Made by a program: the position numbers and the translations under genes. This document shows, one piece after another, positions 9,304-18,935 of a stretch of 57,543 nt of DNA. The notes under the pieces were generated by a model. The model saw only the letters and a list, made by a program, of their open reading frames with translations, was not told the origin of the DNA and searched no databases. Position 1 is the stretch's first letter. Each line of letters starts with the position of its first letter. Source of the DNA: a virus (lineage: Duplodnaviria > Caudoviricetes); the IMG/VR virus record IMGVR_UViG_3300021343_000001, positions 1-57,543 of that record; one strand, given 5' to 3'.

Positions 9304-10014
9304 ATGACAGACGAGTTGATCGGAAGAATGAAAGAATGCAGGATCGTGGTTAACGGCGCAGAACTTCGAGGGTTCGCGTCAGGCAACCATCTGCACATTC
9401 CGCAGCGACGAGGCATCACGATCGGTGATCGCTACTTGCTGACCATTCCATTCGAGAGTGGTGACATCGCGGTTGAACTCGACCGCGAGCGAGAGGAGCC
9501 GAACGGGCGTCGGGGATGGACGTTCTATGAGGCATCGGGCGACGATGGCCGCGAGCCTACCGTGATCGGCTATCTCATGACGTGGCCTGGCATGATCGCT
9601 GATGTGCATCTGCTCGGTCAGCAATGCGCGCTTCCTGTCAACAAGCAACTCGCCATCGGCAACATCTGCGCGACGATGGTCGCGTTCGATATGATCGCTC
9701 GCGGCGAGATGCCGGTGCATATGGTCGCGGACTTCGAGCGACCGCCGCTTGGCTTGCGTATTCAGACATTCAACACGAGGCATTACGCACAGGCGAAGAT
9801 CGCGCAGCGCACCTTCGAGAGCAGTCGTCAAGATAAGTTCAGCCCTTCGACGATGCAAAGCGAGGTCGTCAGGGCGATGCATGATGCAGGGTTTAGCGTC
9901 GAACTCGGTGAGGTTGCCTATCAGGTCATGTGGAAAGCGAGCGGGGCCATGGGAGTTGTGCGCATCGAGATGAAGACCGAGCACGTTCCTGCGGGCGATG
10001 AGGTGACGATATGA
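9304..10014 (+). CDS. hypothetical protein
   Basis: AGGAGAGGAGAG-ATG start. Confidence 0.75.
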   Translation: MTDELIGRMKECRIVVNGAELRGFASGNHLHIPQRRGITIGDRYLLTIPFESGDIAVELDREREEPNGRRGWTFYEASGDDGREPTVIGYLMTWPGMIADVHLLGQQCALPVNKQLAIGNICATMVAFDMIARGEMPVHMVADFERPPLGLRIQTFNTRHYAQAKIAQRTFESSRQDKFSPSTMQSEVVRAMHDAGFSVELGEVAYQVMWKASGAMGVVRIEMKTEHVPAGDEVTI

Positions 10015-10199
10015 ACGATCCAATTGCACTTATCCTGTCGGCGTCCATGATCGCGTGGGCGATCTTCTATCATGGCTGGTTCACGAGCGGGGAGGGCTTC
10101 CAGCGCATCCCTGCTTATCAGGAGTTGGCGCTGGTGCTCACGTCGGTGGCGACGATCATTTACGGGTTGTTTCTTTTTGTCGTGAAGGTGATGGTATGA
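10011..10199 (+). CDS. small 2-TM membrane protein
   Basis: Two hydrophobic helices; ATGA coupling. Confidence 0.6.
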   Translation: MNDPIALILSASMIAWAIFYHGWFTSGEGFQRIPAYQELALVLTSVATIIYGLFLFVVKVMV

Positions 10200-10588
10200 G
10201 CAGTCAGATGTACGAAGGGATCACCGATGATGAAATCTGGGAGTTCTGCGCGACGCGCAAACTCGACCCAAGGAATGGCGTGAAGGAGATCGATGATGCG
10301 TTTGCCGATGGTTTCGCAGCGATCGAGTTTCATTTCGTGGCGTGCCAGGAGCATTCGACGGATGAGCGTCATGGATTCGAGGGGTATCCAGAGCGGGGCA
10401 CTGTTGGCGCGCCGTTGGTCGAGTCGTCATTGGAGCGGCAAATCTCCAAGATCAAGATCATTCGTAACGTAAATTCGACGCGGATGTATCCAGTGGCAGT
10501 CTTCAAGTGTGTGGAGTGTGGTAAGCCTGTCGTGATGTGCGGCAATTCGCGACCCGCTACATGGCTTTATGGGAGGGCGTGGGTATGA
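10196..10588 (+). CDS. hypothetical protein with Cys/His motifs
   Basis: CQEH, CVECG. Confidence 0.65.
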   Translation: MSSQMYEGITDDEIWEFCATRKLDPRNGVKEIDDAFADGFAAIEFHFVACQEHSTDERHGFEGYPERGTVGAPLVESSLERQISKIKIIRNVNSTRMYPVAVFKCVECGKPVVMCGNSRPATWLYGRAWV

Positions 10589-11487
10589 GCGAGACATTCA
10601 ACGTCAAATCAGCGCGTCTCGTGATCGACGATCAGGAATACGACCTGGGCGACATCCCCATCGGCATCAAGCAGGCACCGCCCGTGCAGAACTTCGAGGG
10701 TTGGGGGGAACTGCGCAGCGCGTGCGGTGAGCGAGCCTGGGGTGCAGTCACCGACATGCTGCACCTGTGGCACCCTCGCAGCGCAGATGCCGCGCACAGC
10801 CTCGCAGCGTCGCTCGGGTGGATCGCCAGCGGTATGGACGCGCGAGACCTGATCATCGCTGACGAGTACGAGTTGAGGTTTGACGATCCCGATAAAGACG
10901 AGGTTGTGAAACTGAAGAGAATCATCGGGAGCAGTGATGAGAACCACGCTCACCATTACTGGGAGGCTCGTGTCGACGACTTTCAGTTTTCGGGCTTCAG
11001 GATGAAGTTTGATGGCACGGTCTGGCTCAATGCTACGCGCACAACCATCGACGTTGATGGCTTGCGAGGCATGACCGCCATGATCGAGGCTTGTGTGTGG
11101 ATCGCTGCCGTGGTGATCGACAGGCTCAATGGTAACGAGTGGCTGCAAGATAACCTGCGCTGCCCGCTCGGCGTGAGCATCGAGGCGGTGCGCGATGATT
11201 CGATGGGTATCGATCTCGCGGATGAGGAGTCTTATTCTACGACAACTCACAGCATGACGATCAACGGCGTGGTGGTATCAGTCGAGCAGCGTCCCGGCGA
11301 GTCAACGAATGATGTTGCTCGCAGGATGACTGAGGCGATCGCCAATGAGCCTGCGCTCGCGTTCTGCACTGCAACGCCGCATATCGATGAAGACGGCGAG
11401 TTGACTGTTGATGTGCAACCGAGGATGCAGGGCTTGACGATGGAGGTCGCGGGGCCTAGTTCGTATTTGCTCGAGGAGGAAGAGTGA
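10585..11487 (+). CDS. hypothetical protein; C-terminal module resembles the decoration/sheath insertion module
   Basis: TINGVVVSV...TNDVARRMTEAIANEPALAF. Confidence 0.7.
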   Translation: MSETFNVKSARLVIDDQEYDLGDIPIGIKQAPPVQNFEGWGELRSACGERAWGAVTDMLHLWHPRSADAAHSLAASLGWIASGMDARDLIIADEYELRFDDPDKDEVVKLKRIIGSSDENHAHHYWEARVDDFQFSGFRMKFDGTVWLNATRTTIDVDGLRGMTAMIEACVWIAAVVIDRLNGNEWLQDNLRCPLGVSIEAVRDDSMGIDLADEESYSTTTHSMTINGVVVSVEQRPGESTNDVARRMTEAIANEPALAFCTATPHIDEDGELTVDVQPRMQGLTMEVAGPSSYLLEEEE

Positions 11488-11960
11488 GTGCTGCGCAGTA
11501 CAGGCGCGGGCAGCCTGTCTGGATCAAGGCAGGCGAAGGGTGGATCGAGGGCACCTTGCACCACGCGAGCATGGGCTCGACCCGCGTCCAGGTCCGCGTG
11601 GTGCTCGCTGGCGAGGCGCACATCCTCTCGGTGCCGCATGAAGGCGTCAGGCTTGACGCGCCGCCCCGAGAGGCACACACGTTCCGAGGTCACGCCATCT
11701 TTTGCCACGAGCAGGTGTGGTACTACCTCGACACCCTGGAGCCTGTGAGCAGGACATGGCACACCAGGGGGTGTGGGCGCTGCGGCAAGCAGGACACCCC
11801 CGAGGGGCACGACGGCTGCCTCGGGACGATCCTTGGTGCGCTCAACGCGTGCTGTGGGCATGGTGAGCCGGGCGACGCTTATATTCAATTCAAGGATCAC
11901 GAGCTGCGCGGACAAGCGGCGCTCGGCTATCTTCAAGCATCGAAAGAGGAGGAAGAGTGA
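11484..11960 (+). CDS. SH3/Tudor-like domain plus Cys/His-rich domain
   Basis: G.PVWI..G.GW..G; CGRCG...EGHDGCLG....NACCGHG. Confidence 0.7.
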   Translation: MSAAQYRRGQPVWIKAGEGWIEGTLHHASMGSTRVQVRVVLAGEAHILSVPHEGVRLDAPPREAHTFRGHAIFCHEQVWYYLDTLEPVSRTWHTRGCGRCGKQDTPEGHDGCLGTILGALNACCGHGEPGDAYIQFKDHELRGQAALGYLQASKEEEE

Positions 11961-12669
11961 AGGCTTACTACGTTGTCGAATGTATCGCGCCAAAAACATT
12001 CGAGGCGCATTGGGCAGGTGGTGAGTTTGGTTGCTTTCAGACCGAATACACGCTGATTGTCGATGATCCTATCGAGCGGCACGAAGGCGAGAAAATCGAC
12101 GCCATCGTTTGTGCTGATTGCGGGTCTGACGACTTGACGAGAGGTCTCCGTTGCGAGGTGTGCGGTTGTGGTCGCACTGATCATGTGGAGATATGAAGAG
12201 GAGGAAGGGTGAGCACTGCAAAGGACACAGGCTGGGTAACACCTACGGTTAACCTACTCCGCGAGGGCGGCGTGGAAGGGGCGTGCTGCCCATCGTGTGA
12301 CGAAGTGTGGGTAGGCATCAGGAGATCCAAGGAACTTGATGAGCAAGATGCCTCCGCCTATCTGGAATATCGAATGCATTACGATGGGTGGGCAGGCTGG
12401 CGAAGTTACAATAGCGCGACGAGGTGCTCGAAGTGCAAGACGGAAGTCGAGGTTTACCAGCGCATCCAACTGAAAGTGAAGGTGGCTCCATGAATGACGG
12501 ATTGAGGTTCGCCGGTATGATGATCCTCGGATCGATCGCGGTCGCGCTGATCCTCGGGTGGTTCGTCTGGCTTGGAAGTCAACACCAATCGCGCGAGGAT
12601 TTCATCGCCTGTCAGAAAAGCAACACGTTCGAGCAGTGCATCGAATGGCGCGAGCAGGGGAGGTTTTGA
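11957..12669 (+). other. three small ORFs (11957-12196 and 12209-12493 zinc-ribbon-like; 12490-12669 one TM helix)
   Basis: CxxC pairs; coupled starts and stops. Confidence 0.6.
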
Positions 12670-13343
12670 TGGACCACCTCACGCTCATGGCGGACACGCA
12701 TTGCCGCACGTTCGACATCGCCCCGGCCGAGATCCTCATCCACGCGGGCGACTTCTGCAACGCAGGCACGACGACCGAGCTGCGCGAACAGATCGAGTGG
12801 CTCGCGACCCTGCCAGCCGAGCACAAGGTTGTCATCGCCGGGAACCACGACATGTGCCTTCAGCGACCTGGGCAGCGAGAGCCGATGCTCGCGTTGTTCG
12901 AGAAGCACGGCATCACCTACCTCGAGGATTCGGGGTGCGAGGTGCTGGGATACAAGATCTGGGGCTCGCCCTACTCACCGACTTATGGGCGTTGGGCGTT
13001 CATGGAAAGCGACCAGGAACTTGTCGAGAGGTTCGCGCGCATCCCGCAAGGCATCGACATCCTGATCGTGCATGGTCCGCCCTACGGTCTCGGTGACTGG
13101 GTGCCTCGTGGCGAGCATGTCGGCTCACGAGCCCTCGTGCCACACATCGCGAGGGTCAAGCCGCGCTTGACGGTGCATGGGCATATACACGAGTGTGCGG
13201 GGCGGTGGAGGCATCCTCACGGCGGTTCGTGCGTGAATGCCTCGTGTGGGATGCGTCAGGTTTACGAGACGCACAACGGGCAGGTGTTTCGCGCGGTCGC
13301 GTGGGGCGATCCTGTCGTGTTGAGCAAGGGGGATATGCGATGA
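12669..13343 (+). CDS. calcineurin-like metallophosphoesterase (MPPED/239FB-like)
   Basis: DTH, HAGD, GNHD, HGPP, GHIHE motifs. Confidence 0.9.
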   Translation: MDHLTLMADTHCRTFDIAPAEILIHAGDFCNAGTTTELREQIEWLATLPAEHKVVIAGNHDMCLQRPGQREPMLALFEKHGITYLEDSGCEVLGYKIWGSPYSPTYGRWAFMESDQELVERFARIPQGIDILIVHGPPYGLGDWVPRGEHVGSRALVPHIARVKPRLTVHGHIHECAGRWRHPHGGSCVNASCGMRQVYETHNGQVFRAVAWGDPVVLSKGDMR

Positions 13344-13762
13344 ACATCGAGCGGACGCAACGCTGGCTTCGTCAATTTATGCGAGGCGAAATCGAGGCAT
13401 CGGAGGGTGATGTTCGCGAACTTGCAGATGCGCTTCGTGTGCTTTTTTACCGGTGGGCGGGGCTCACAGATCAGGAGCGCGCAAGCATATCTGACGAACT
13501 ATTGGAAGTCGTCGTAAGTGTTCGCGCTGAGGCAGAATGGCTTGTGCTCGAGCGTCTCGATGGTACATGTCAGCACTTACGGGCGAGTACGATTGATGAT
13601 TGGCGCGTTGTTGTTGGTGACTCCATGGGTCATGTGCCGCGACTGCCCTACATCGAGGGTGAAGGGCTGTGGATCGACATCTCGCCTCACGACATCGATG
13701 GCATCACGTCGCAATGGTTCAAGGCTATCCAGGCGGCTGATGCGTTCAGGAGGCGGCATTGA
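13340..13762 (+). CDS. hypothetical protein
   Basis: ATGA coupling; GGGGG RBS. Confidence 0.6.
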   Translation: MNIERTQRWLRQFMRGEIEASEGDVRELADALRVLFYRWAGLTDQERASISDELLEVVVSVRAEAEWLVLERLDGTCQHLRASTIDDWRVVVGDSMGHVPRLPYIEGEGLWIDISPHDIDGITSQWFKAIQAADAFRRRH

Positions 13763-15285
13763 CACTCGGTCTCGATGAATCACCACAGGAGGTGCTGCGC
13801 CGCGCGAGGGCGGCGAGGGCTCGGAGGGACTTCGGTTACTTCGTGCGCCTCGTCAAGCCTGAGTACGATGTGCAGTGGTTCCATGACGTGATCATCGAGG
13901 AACTCGCGCAGGCGACGCAGCACGAGCGCGGCGGTCGCGTCGGGCTCGCACTTCCACCAGGGCACGCCAAATCGGAGTATGCGATCCTCTATTGTGCGTG
14001 GATGGTCGCGCGAGATCCTGACATTCAGATCGCCTATGTGACCTACAACCTCGACTTCGCGAAGGTCCAGTTCAAACGGCTGAAGGATCTCGTAAGTAGT
14101 GCCCGATATGTGCACTACTTTGGCAGGCTGATCAACGACGCGCTCGCGGTCGATGCCGATGGCAAGGAAAACACAAAGGTCAAGTTCGAGATCACGAGCG
14201 GATCAGGTTGGGTTGCTGCGGCAGGCTTTGGCAGCGGGCTCGATGGTCTGCGTTGCGACCTGATCGTGATCGACGACCCGTTCAAAAAGGACGAGGCGTT
14301 TTCGCCTACGGTGCGCGAGGTGCGATGGAAGACCTACGTCGGTACGATCCTCCAGCGTCGCCGTCCTGACCGCCCATTGCACATCGTGATGCTCTTCACG
14401 CGCTGGCACCTCGACGACCTCACCGGGCGTTGCAAGAAGCATGAGCCTGATCAATGGCGATGGGTGGAGATCGAGGCGCTGCGCATGTCAGAACTCGACT
14501 CGCAGAAGGGCAGTCACATCGACGACCCGCGCGAGGATGGCGAGGCGCTCTGGGAAGCGGTCGCGACAGCGCAGGAACTCGAGGCGTACCAGACGCTCGA
14601 CGAGGGTCTGTTCTGGGCGGTGCAGCAACAGACCCCGATCCCGGCAGGCGGCGCGTTGTTCAAGAAGGACTGGTTCTCGCAGCGCTGGCAGCGTCTCACG
14701 CCGACGGGTGGCACGCTCTATCAGTCGTGGGATTTCAGGCATGGCGGCAAATCGGATGCAGGTTCGTATGCCGTGGGGCTGCTCGCGCTTCAGTTCGATC
14801 ACCAACCCGAGAAGCTCTACATCCTCTCGATGAAGCGCGCGCGGTGGTCGCCTGACGAGACGACAGATCACTTCAACGCGGCGCTGAATGACCCGCTGTG
14901 GGGCATGGCGTCGACGATCATCATCGAGAACGCGGGCGATGGAAAGAACATCCTCGCGCACTTCAAACACCGCCACAACGGGCTCGTCTCGATCAACCCG
15001 GCTGGCTCGGGCTCGAAGGTTCGACGCGCCCGCGCGACGGTGCCTTACGCCGCACGCGGGTCGGTCGTGTTGCCTGCTGTCGAGATCGCTTCGGATGAAC
15101 CATGGATCGATGCGTTCCTCGCGGAGGTGACGCTGTTCACCGACCTCGGGAGCGGCACCGGCAATGACGATATTGTCGACGCTTTGTCACAGTTGATCGA
15201 TTACGTGTATGATGCGAGCGACAGCGCCCTCGATGATCGGGGCTTGGCGCGCGAGGCTTGGAAGATCCTGATGGGGACAGCATAG
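13759..15285 (+). CDS. terL: terminase large subunit
   Basis: Walker A PPGHAKS, Walker B LIVIDDP, TRWH.DDL, nuclease QSWD and DDIVDALSQ. Confidence 0.95.
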   Translation: MTLGLDESPQEVLRRARAARARRDFGYFVRLVKPEYDVQWFHDVIIEELAQATQHERGGRVGLALPPGHAKSEYAILYCAWMVARDPDIQIAYVTYNLDFAKVQFKRLKDLVSSARYVHYFGRLINDALAVDADGKENTKVKFEITSGSGWVAAAGFGSGLDGLRCDLIVIDDPFKKDEAFSPTVREVRWKTYVGTILQRRRPDRPLHIVMLFTRWHLDDLTGRCKKHEPDQWRWVEIEALRMSELDSQKGSHIDDPREDGEALWEAVATAQELEAYQTLDEGLFWAVQQQTPIPAGGALFKKDWFSQRWQRLTPTGGTLYQSWDFRHGGKSDAGSYAVGLLALQFDHQPEKLYILSMKRARWSPDETTDHFNAALNDPLWGMASTIIIENAGDGKNILAHFKHRHNGLVSINPAGSGSKVRRARATVPYAARGSVVLPAVEIASDEPWIDAFLAEVTLFTDLGSGTGNDDIVDALSQLIDYVYDASDSALDDRGLAREAWKILMGTA

Positions 15286-15294
15286 AGGGCACAC

Positions 15295-17634
15295 ATGAGT
15301 GAGGCAGGGCAAGAGAAGGCGTTCAGGTGGGATACGGCAGCGGGTATCCTCCAGAACTTCGTAACGAAGATGGGCACGCAGCGTGCGCGCAAGCAGTCGA
15401 ACATGGTGGGCGAGCGCGTGTGGTTCACGCCTGCCCAACTCGACATCCTCGCACAACATGGTCTCGTCAAGCGCATCAACGGCGAACTCCCTGCCGACGC
15501 AGGCAGCAAGCCTGAAGTCGTCGCGAGCAATGACGTGGCTCCTGCGCTCGAACAGCAACTGCGCGACCTGAAGGTCAGGCAGAAGTTTCGCAAGGCAGGC
15601 ACCGCCGCGCGCAGGCAAGGCGGCGCGGTTGTCTGGATCACATGCGAGGGTGGCGGCGAGACATACGAGCCTCTCGATCTCTCGACGATCAAGCGAGTGA
15701 CGAACCTCGTCGTGATCGACTCGAGCGAGTTGTCTGTCGAGACGTTTAAGCCAAAGAGTGACGATGATCGCGTGCAGATCACGGCAGGTTACTACGTCGA
15801 CGAGCCACGTCGTGCGGATTATCGCGAGCCACTCGCCTACCGATACACGCCATCGCAGGGCGGTAAGGAGCGCGTGATCCATGCGTCGCGCCTGATCAAG
15901 TTCTATGGCGATGACGTGCCCGATCGCTTGCGTGATCAGTACCAGGGATGGGGAGCGCCCGCTGTCGAGGCTGTGTGGGGCACGCTCTCGTCTGCGCTGC
16001 TCGCGCTCGACGGCGGCGCTGAGATCATCTCCGAGATGGGGCTCACCGTCTTTCAGATCGACAACCTGAAAGAGATCCAGTCAGGTGGCGAGCAAGGGGG
16101 ACTCGGCTCGTGGATGGCGCTCGTGGCAGAAGCGAAGAGCACGCTTCGATCACTCCTGCTCGCTCCGGGTCAGTCCGTCGAGCGTCTCGACATGTCGGTC
16201 GCGGGATGGTCCGAGGTGTACGATCGCATCGCGCAGGAGCTGTGCGCAGAGGCGGCGATGCCTGTCACGAAGTTGTATGGTCAGGCGCCGGGCGGGCTCT
16301 CGACTGACGACGCGAGCGCGTGGCGCAACTGGTCGGCGCGCGTGAGCGATTACCAGGACGATCAGCTGATCCCCGCCTACCTCTACCTGCTCGATGTGTT
16401 GTGTGCCGCGAAGGAGGGGCCGTGCAAGGGCAAGCGCCCCGAGACGCTCGATGTGGAACTCGCGCCATACGAGGTGCCCACCGAACTCGAAGAAGCGGAG
16501 ATCGCCAACAAGTGGGGCTCGACCGTCAACACGCTCGTGCAGATGGGCATCATCGACGAGGACGAAGCGCGCGAAACGATGCGCCGCGTCAAGGGGATGC
16601 GACTGCAAGAAGAGGAGGTCGAAGACGACACGACGGGGCAAGAGACGCTCGCGGCGCTCATGGCGCAGGCGGGTGAGCAAGGCGCGACGCAGGAGCCGGG
16701 CGCACCCGTCGGTGGTGACATCGAGAAGGCTCAAGACGCGGCGCTCAACGGCGCTCAGATCACGGCTGCTGCTAACATCGTGTCGAGCGTGTATCAGGGG
16801 CTCTACCCCGCAGAGCAGGGCGCACAGCTCCTCATGCTCGGCAACCCGACGCTGACGCCCGAGCGTGCACGCGCGATCGTCGGCGCAGGCAACCCGCAGC
16901 CTGTTGATCAAGAGCAGCCTGTCGAAGACGCAATGCGCGTCGATCCCTACGCAGGCATCGACGACCCCAAACTCCCTGAGAACGTCAAGGCGCTCTCTCC
17001 CCGCAAGCGTGCCGCATTCGTCGAGGCGTTCAACAGCGCATATGAGGAGAGCGATGGTGACGAGGGCAAGGCGTTCGCCACGGGCTACGCAGCAGCGAAG
17101 CGCGTCGACTCGATGCGTCATGACTACGGCGCGCGCTCGATGTGCTTCGCGCTGATGCCAAGCGAGGAGGTCGCAGCAGCGTTCGCGCCGTTGTCCGAGA
17201 TCCCACAAGACGAATTGCACGCGACCTTGCTCTACTTGCCCGACGTGGCAGACGAGGAGGTCGATCGCGTGCTCGAGACGGTCGAGGCGTTCGCGAGCAA
17301 GCAAGCGCCCATGAGGATGCGCACATCTGGACCTGGTACGTTCATCAACGGCGACGCCATCGCGCGGATCATGCTGCTCGAGGGGCTCGGGTTGACCGAG
17401 ATGCGCACCGACCTCAAACGCGAGGTCGAGGACATCGACGCGCTCGGTCTGCAAACTCACGACTTTACGGCGCACATGACGCTCGGGTATCATGACCGCG
17501 CCGACTACCCCGCTGAGTTGCTCGCGCAGATGGCGATGGTGGAAACGGACGAATGGAGCGCAGGCGAGATCATCGCGTGGCGCAATGGCGACATCGTGGC
17601 GCACATGCCACTGAAAGGAGGAGAGGAGAGATGA
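15295..17634 (+). CDS. portal protein (DUF1073-type) fused to ChaB-like and 2H-phosphoesterase (Acb1-like) domains
   Basis: Follows terL; IHASRLI.F.G, MPVTKLYGQAPGGL; C-terminal LP..VK.LS.R....F.EAFNSAYE (ChaB-like) and HATL...HMTL (2H). Confidence 0.85.
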   Translation: MSEAGQEKAFRWDTAAGILQNFVTKMGTQRARKQSNMVGERVWFTPAQLDILAQHGLVKRINGELPADAGSKPEVVASNDVAPALEQQLRDLKVRQKFRKAGTAARRQGGAVVWITCEGGGETYEPLDLSTIKRVTNLVVIDSSELSVETFKPKSDDDRVQITAGYYVDEPRRADYREPLAYRYTPSQGGKERVIHASRLIKFYGDDVPDRLRDQYQGWGAPAVEAVWGTLSSALLALDGGAEIISEMGLTVFQIDNLKEIQSGGEQGGLGSWMALVAEAKSTLRSLLLAPGQSVERLDMSVAGWSEVYDRIAQELCAEAAMPVTKLYGQAPGGLSTDDASAWRNWSARVSDYQDDQLIPAYLYLLDVLCAAKEGPCKGKRPETLDVELAPYEVPTELEEAEIANKWGSTVNTLVQMGIIDEDEARETMRRVKGMRLQEEEVEDDTTGQETLAALMAQAGEQGATQEPGAPVGGDIEKAQDAALNGAQITAAANIVSSVYQGLYPAEQGAQLLMLGNPTLTPERARAIVGAGNPQPVDQEQPVEDAMRVDPYAGIDDPKLPENVKALSPRKRAAFVEAFNSAYEESDGDEGKAFATGYAAAKRVDSMRHDYGARSMCFALMPSEEVAAAFAPLSEIPQDELHATLLYLPDVADEEVDRVLETVEAFASKQAPMRMRTSGPGTFINGDAIARIMLLEGLGLTEMRTDLKREVEDIDALGLQTHDFTAHMTLGYHDRADYPAELLAQMAMVETDEWSAGEIIAWRNGDIVAHMPLKGGEER

Positions 17635-18107
17635 TACCAGTCATTATTGAGAGCCCGTTCGCGGGTGATGTCGAGCGAAACAAGGCGTACTTGCAGGAGT
17701 GTATCAGGCACGCGGTGCGCAATGGTGAAACGCCCTACGCATCCCACCAGATGCTCACCGACGCACTCGACGATCTCGATCCAGCAGAGCGCAAGTTGGG
17801 TATCGACGCAGGGCTCGCACTCGGCGATGTGATCGTGAGCGCGGGAGGCAAGCACATCTTTTATCTCGACCTCGAGATGTCAAACGGCATGTGCTACGCG
17901 CTCGAGCACGCAGCGTCGCTCGGGCGAACTGTCGAGTTCCGATGGCTCTCGGGGAGTCTGAGCGAATACACGATGGCTGCGGCGTTTCCTGCACGTTACA
18001 TTGTCGACGGAACGCCCATCGCCAAGACGCCGCTTTTCGGAGCTGCGCGTTCGCACTATCTCAAGGCCAAGATTCGACGAGACGCAAAGAAAGGAGGAGA
18101 GGAATGA
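17631..18107 (+). CDS. nucleoside 2-deoxyribosyltransferase-like (DUF4406/DUF7768-like) protein
   Basis: VIIESPFAGDVERN..Y, GE.PYASH, D..P.ER..G, S.GM. Confidence 0.7.
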   Translation: MIPVIIESPFAGDVERNKAYLQECIRHAVRNGETPYASHQMLTDALDDLDPAERKLGIDAGLALGDVIVSAGGKHIFYLDLEMSNGMCYALEHAASLGRTVEFRWLSGSLSEYTMAAAFPARYIVDGTPIAKTPLFGAARSHYLKAKIRRDAKKGGEE

Positions 18108-18484
18108 TCTTTGATCTGGTGTACGAAGACAGCACCGACGAACCATGCGCTCGAGCGTGCAAGTGTGCGAGCATCCCATACGATAGCGCGAGGCTCGGCA
18201 AACTGCGCAACGAACTTCGCGCGCTGCTCAGGTGGGCAGACGCGAGCGACGAGAAGTGGACCGATGCGCGCAAGGCGCAAGTCGCGCAGCAGATGCATGA
18301 CCTCGAGCGGCGCATCGAGGCATACCACGAGATGGCGTGCGAGATCGCCTCGGTGTGCCCGCTGGCGCGCGTTGACTACGGGGTGGTGCATGGTGTGGCG
18401 CGTGAGATCCCGTTGCTGTTCGAGTTGCCCGAGTGGGCGCGCGAGGACGTCGACAGTGAGGACGCAGCGAGCGAGGAGGAGTGA
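18104..18484 (+). CDS. hypothetical protein
   Basis: AGGAGG RBS; ATGA coupling. Confidence 0.65.
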   Translation: MIFDLVYEDSTDEPCARACKCASIPYDSARLGKLRNELRALLRWADASDEKWTDARKAQVAQQMHDLERRIEAYHEMACEIASVCPLARVDYGVVHGVAREIPLLFELPEWAREDVDSEDAASEEE

Positions 18485-18771
18485 TGGAAGTCGAGATCGA
18501 GGAGTATGAACGCGAGGCAATGCGATTCTTCTGCGCTGCCAAACGATGGGGCGCACACGTCAAGATGGAGGCGCACTACTCGGGCGCACACTTCAGTCAT
18601 GACTTCGTTTACATCGAGGTTGGCGAGCGGTTCTGCTGCTGCTTCGAGAGGGATGGCTCGATCACCAGTTACCCGTGGGATTACAACGATTTCGAGTACG
18701 CGCTTCAGGATGCGAAGACGAGTGCGGATCGATGGCTGGCGAAGCATGAGAAAAACGAGGAGGAAGAGTGA
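18481..18771 (+). CDS. hypothetical protein
   Basis: Coupled ORF. Confidence 0.65.
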   Translation: MMEVEIEEYEREAMRFFCAAKRWGAHVKMEAHYSGAHFSHDFVYIEVGERFCCCFERDGSITSYPWDYNDFEYALQDAKTSADRWLAKHEKNEEEE

Positions 18772-18935
18772 CGCAGGATTACGTCTATGTGCTGTGCGGC
18801 GGCAAGTGGTGCCGCGCGGAGGTGCTCACGCATGACGAGCGATCGGTTACGATCATCCTCGGTGTTGCTGGCACGCCGCATCGTTTCGTCGTGAACAAGT
18901 CGAAGGTGCGATACGAGGAGCCGGGGGATGAGTGA
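18768..18935 (+). CDS. 55-aa SH3/Tudor-like protein (below the ORF-track length cutoff)
   Basis: GTG start after GAGGAGG; MTQDYVYVLCGGKWCRAEV...VRYE. Confidence 0.65.
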   Translation: MTQDYVYVLCGGKWCRAEVLTHDERSVTIILGVAGTPHRFVVNKSKVRYEEPGDE

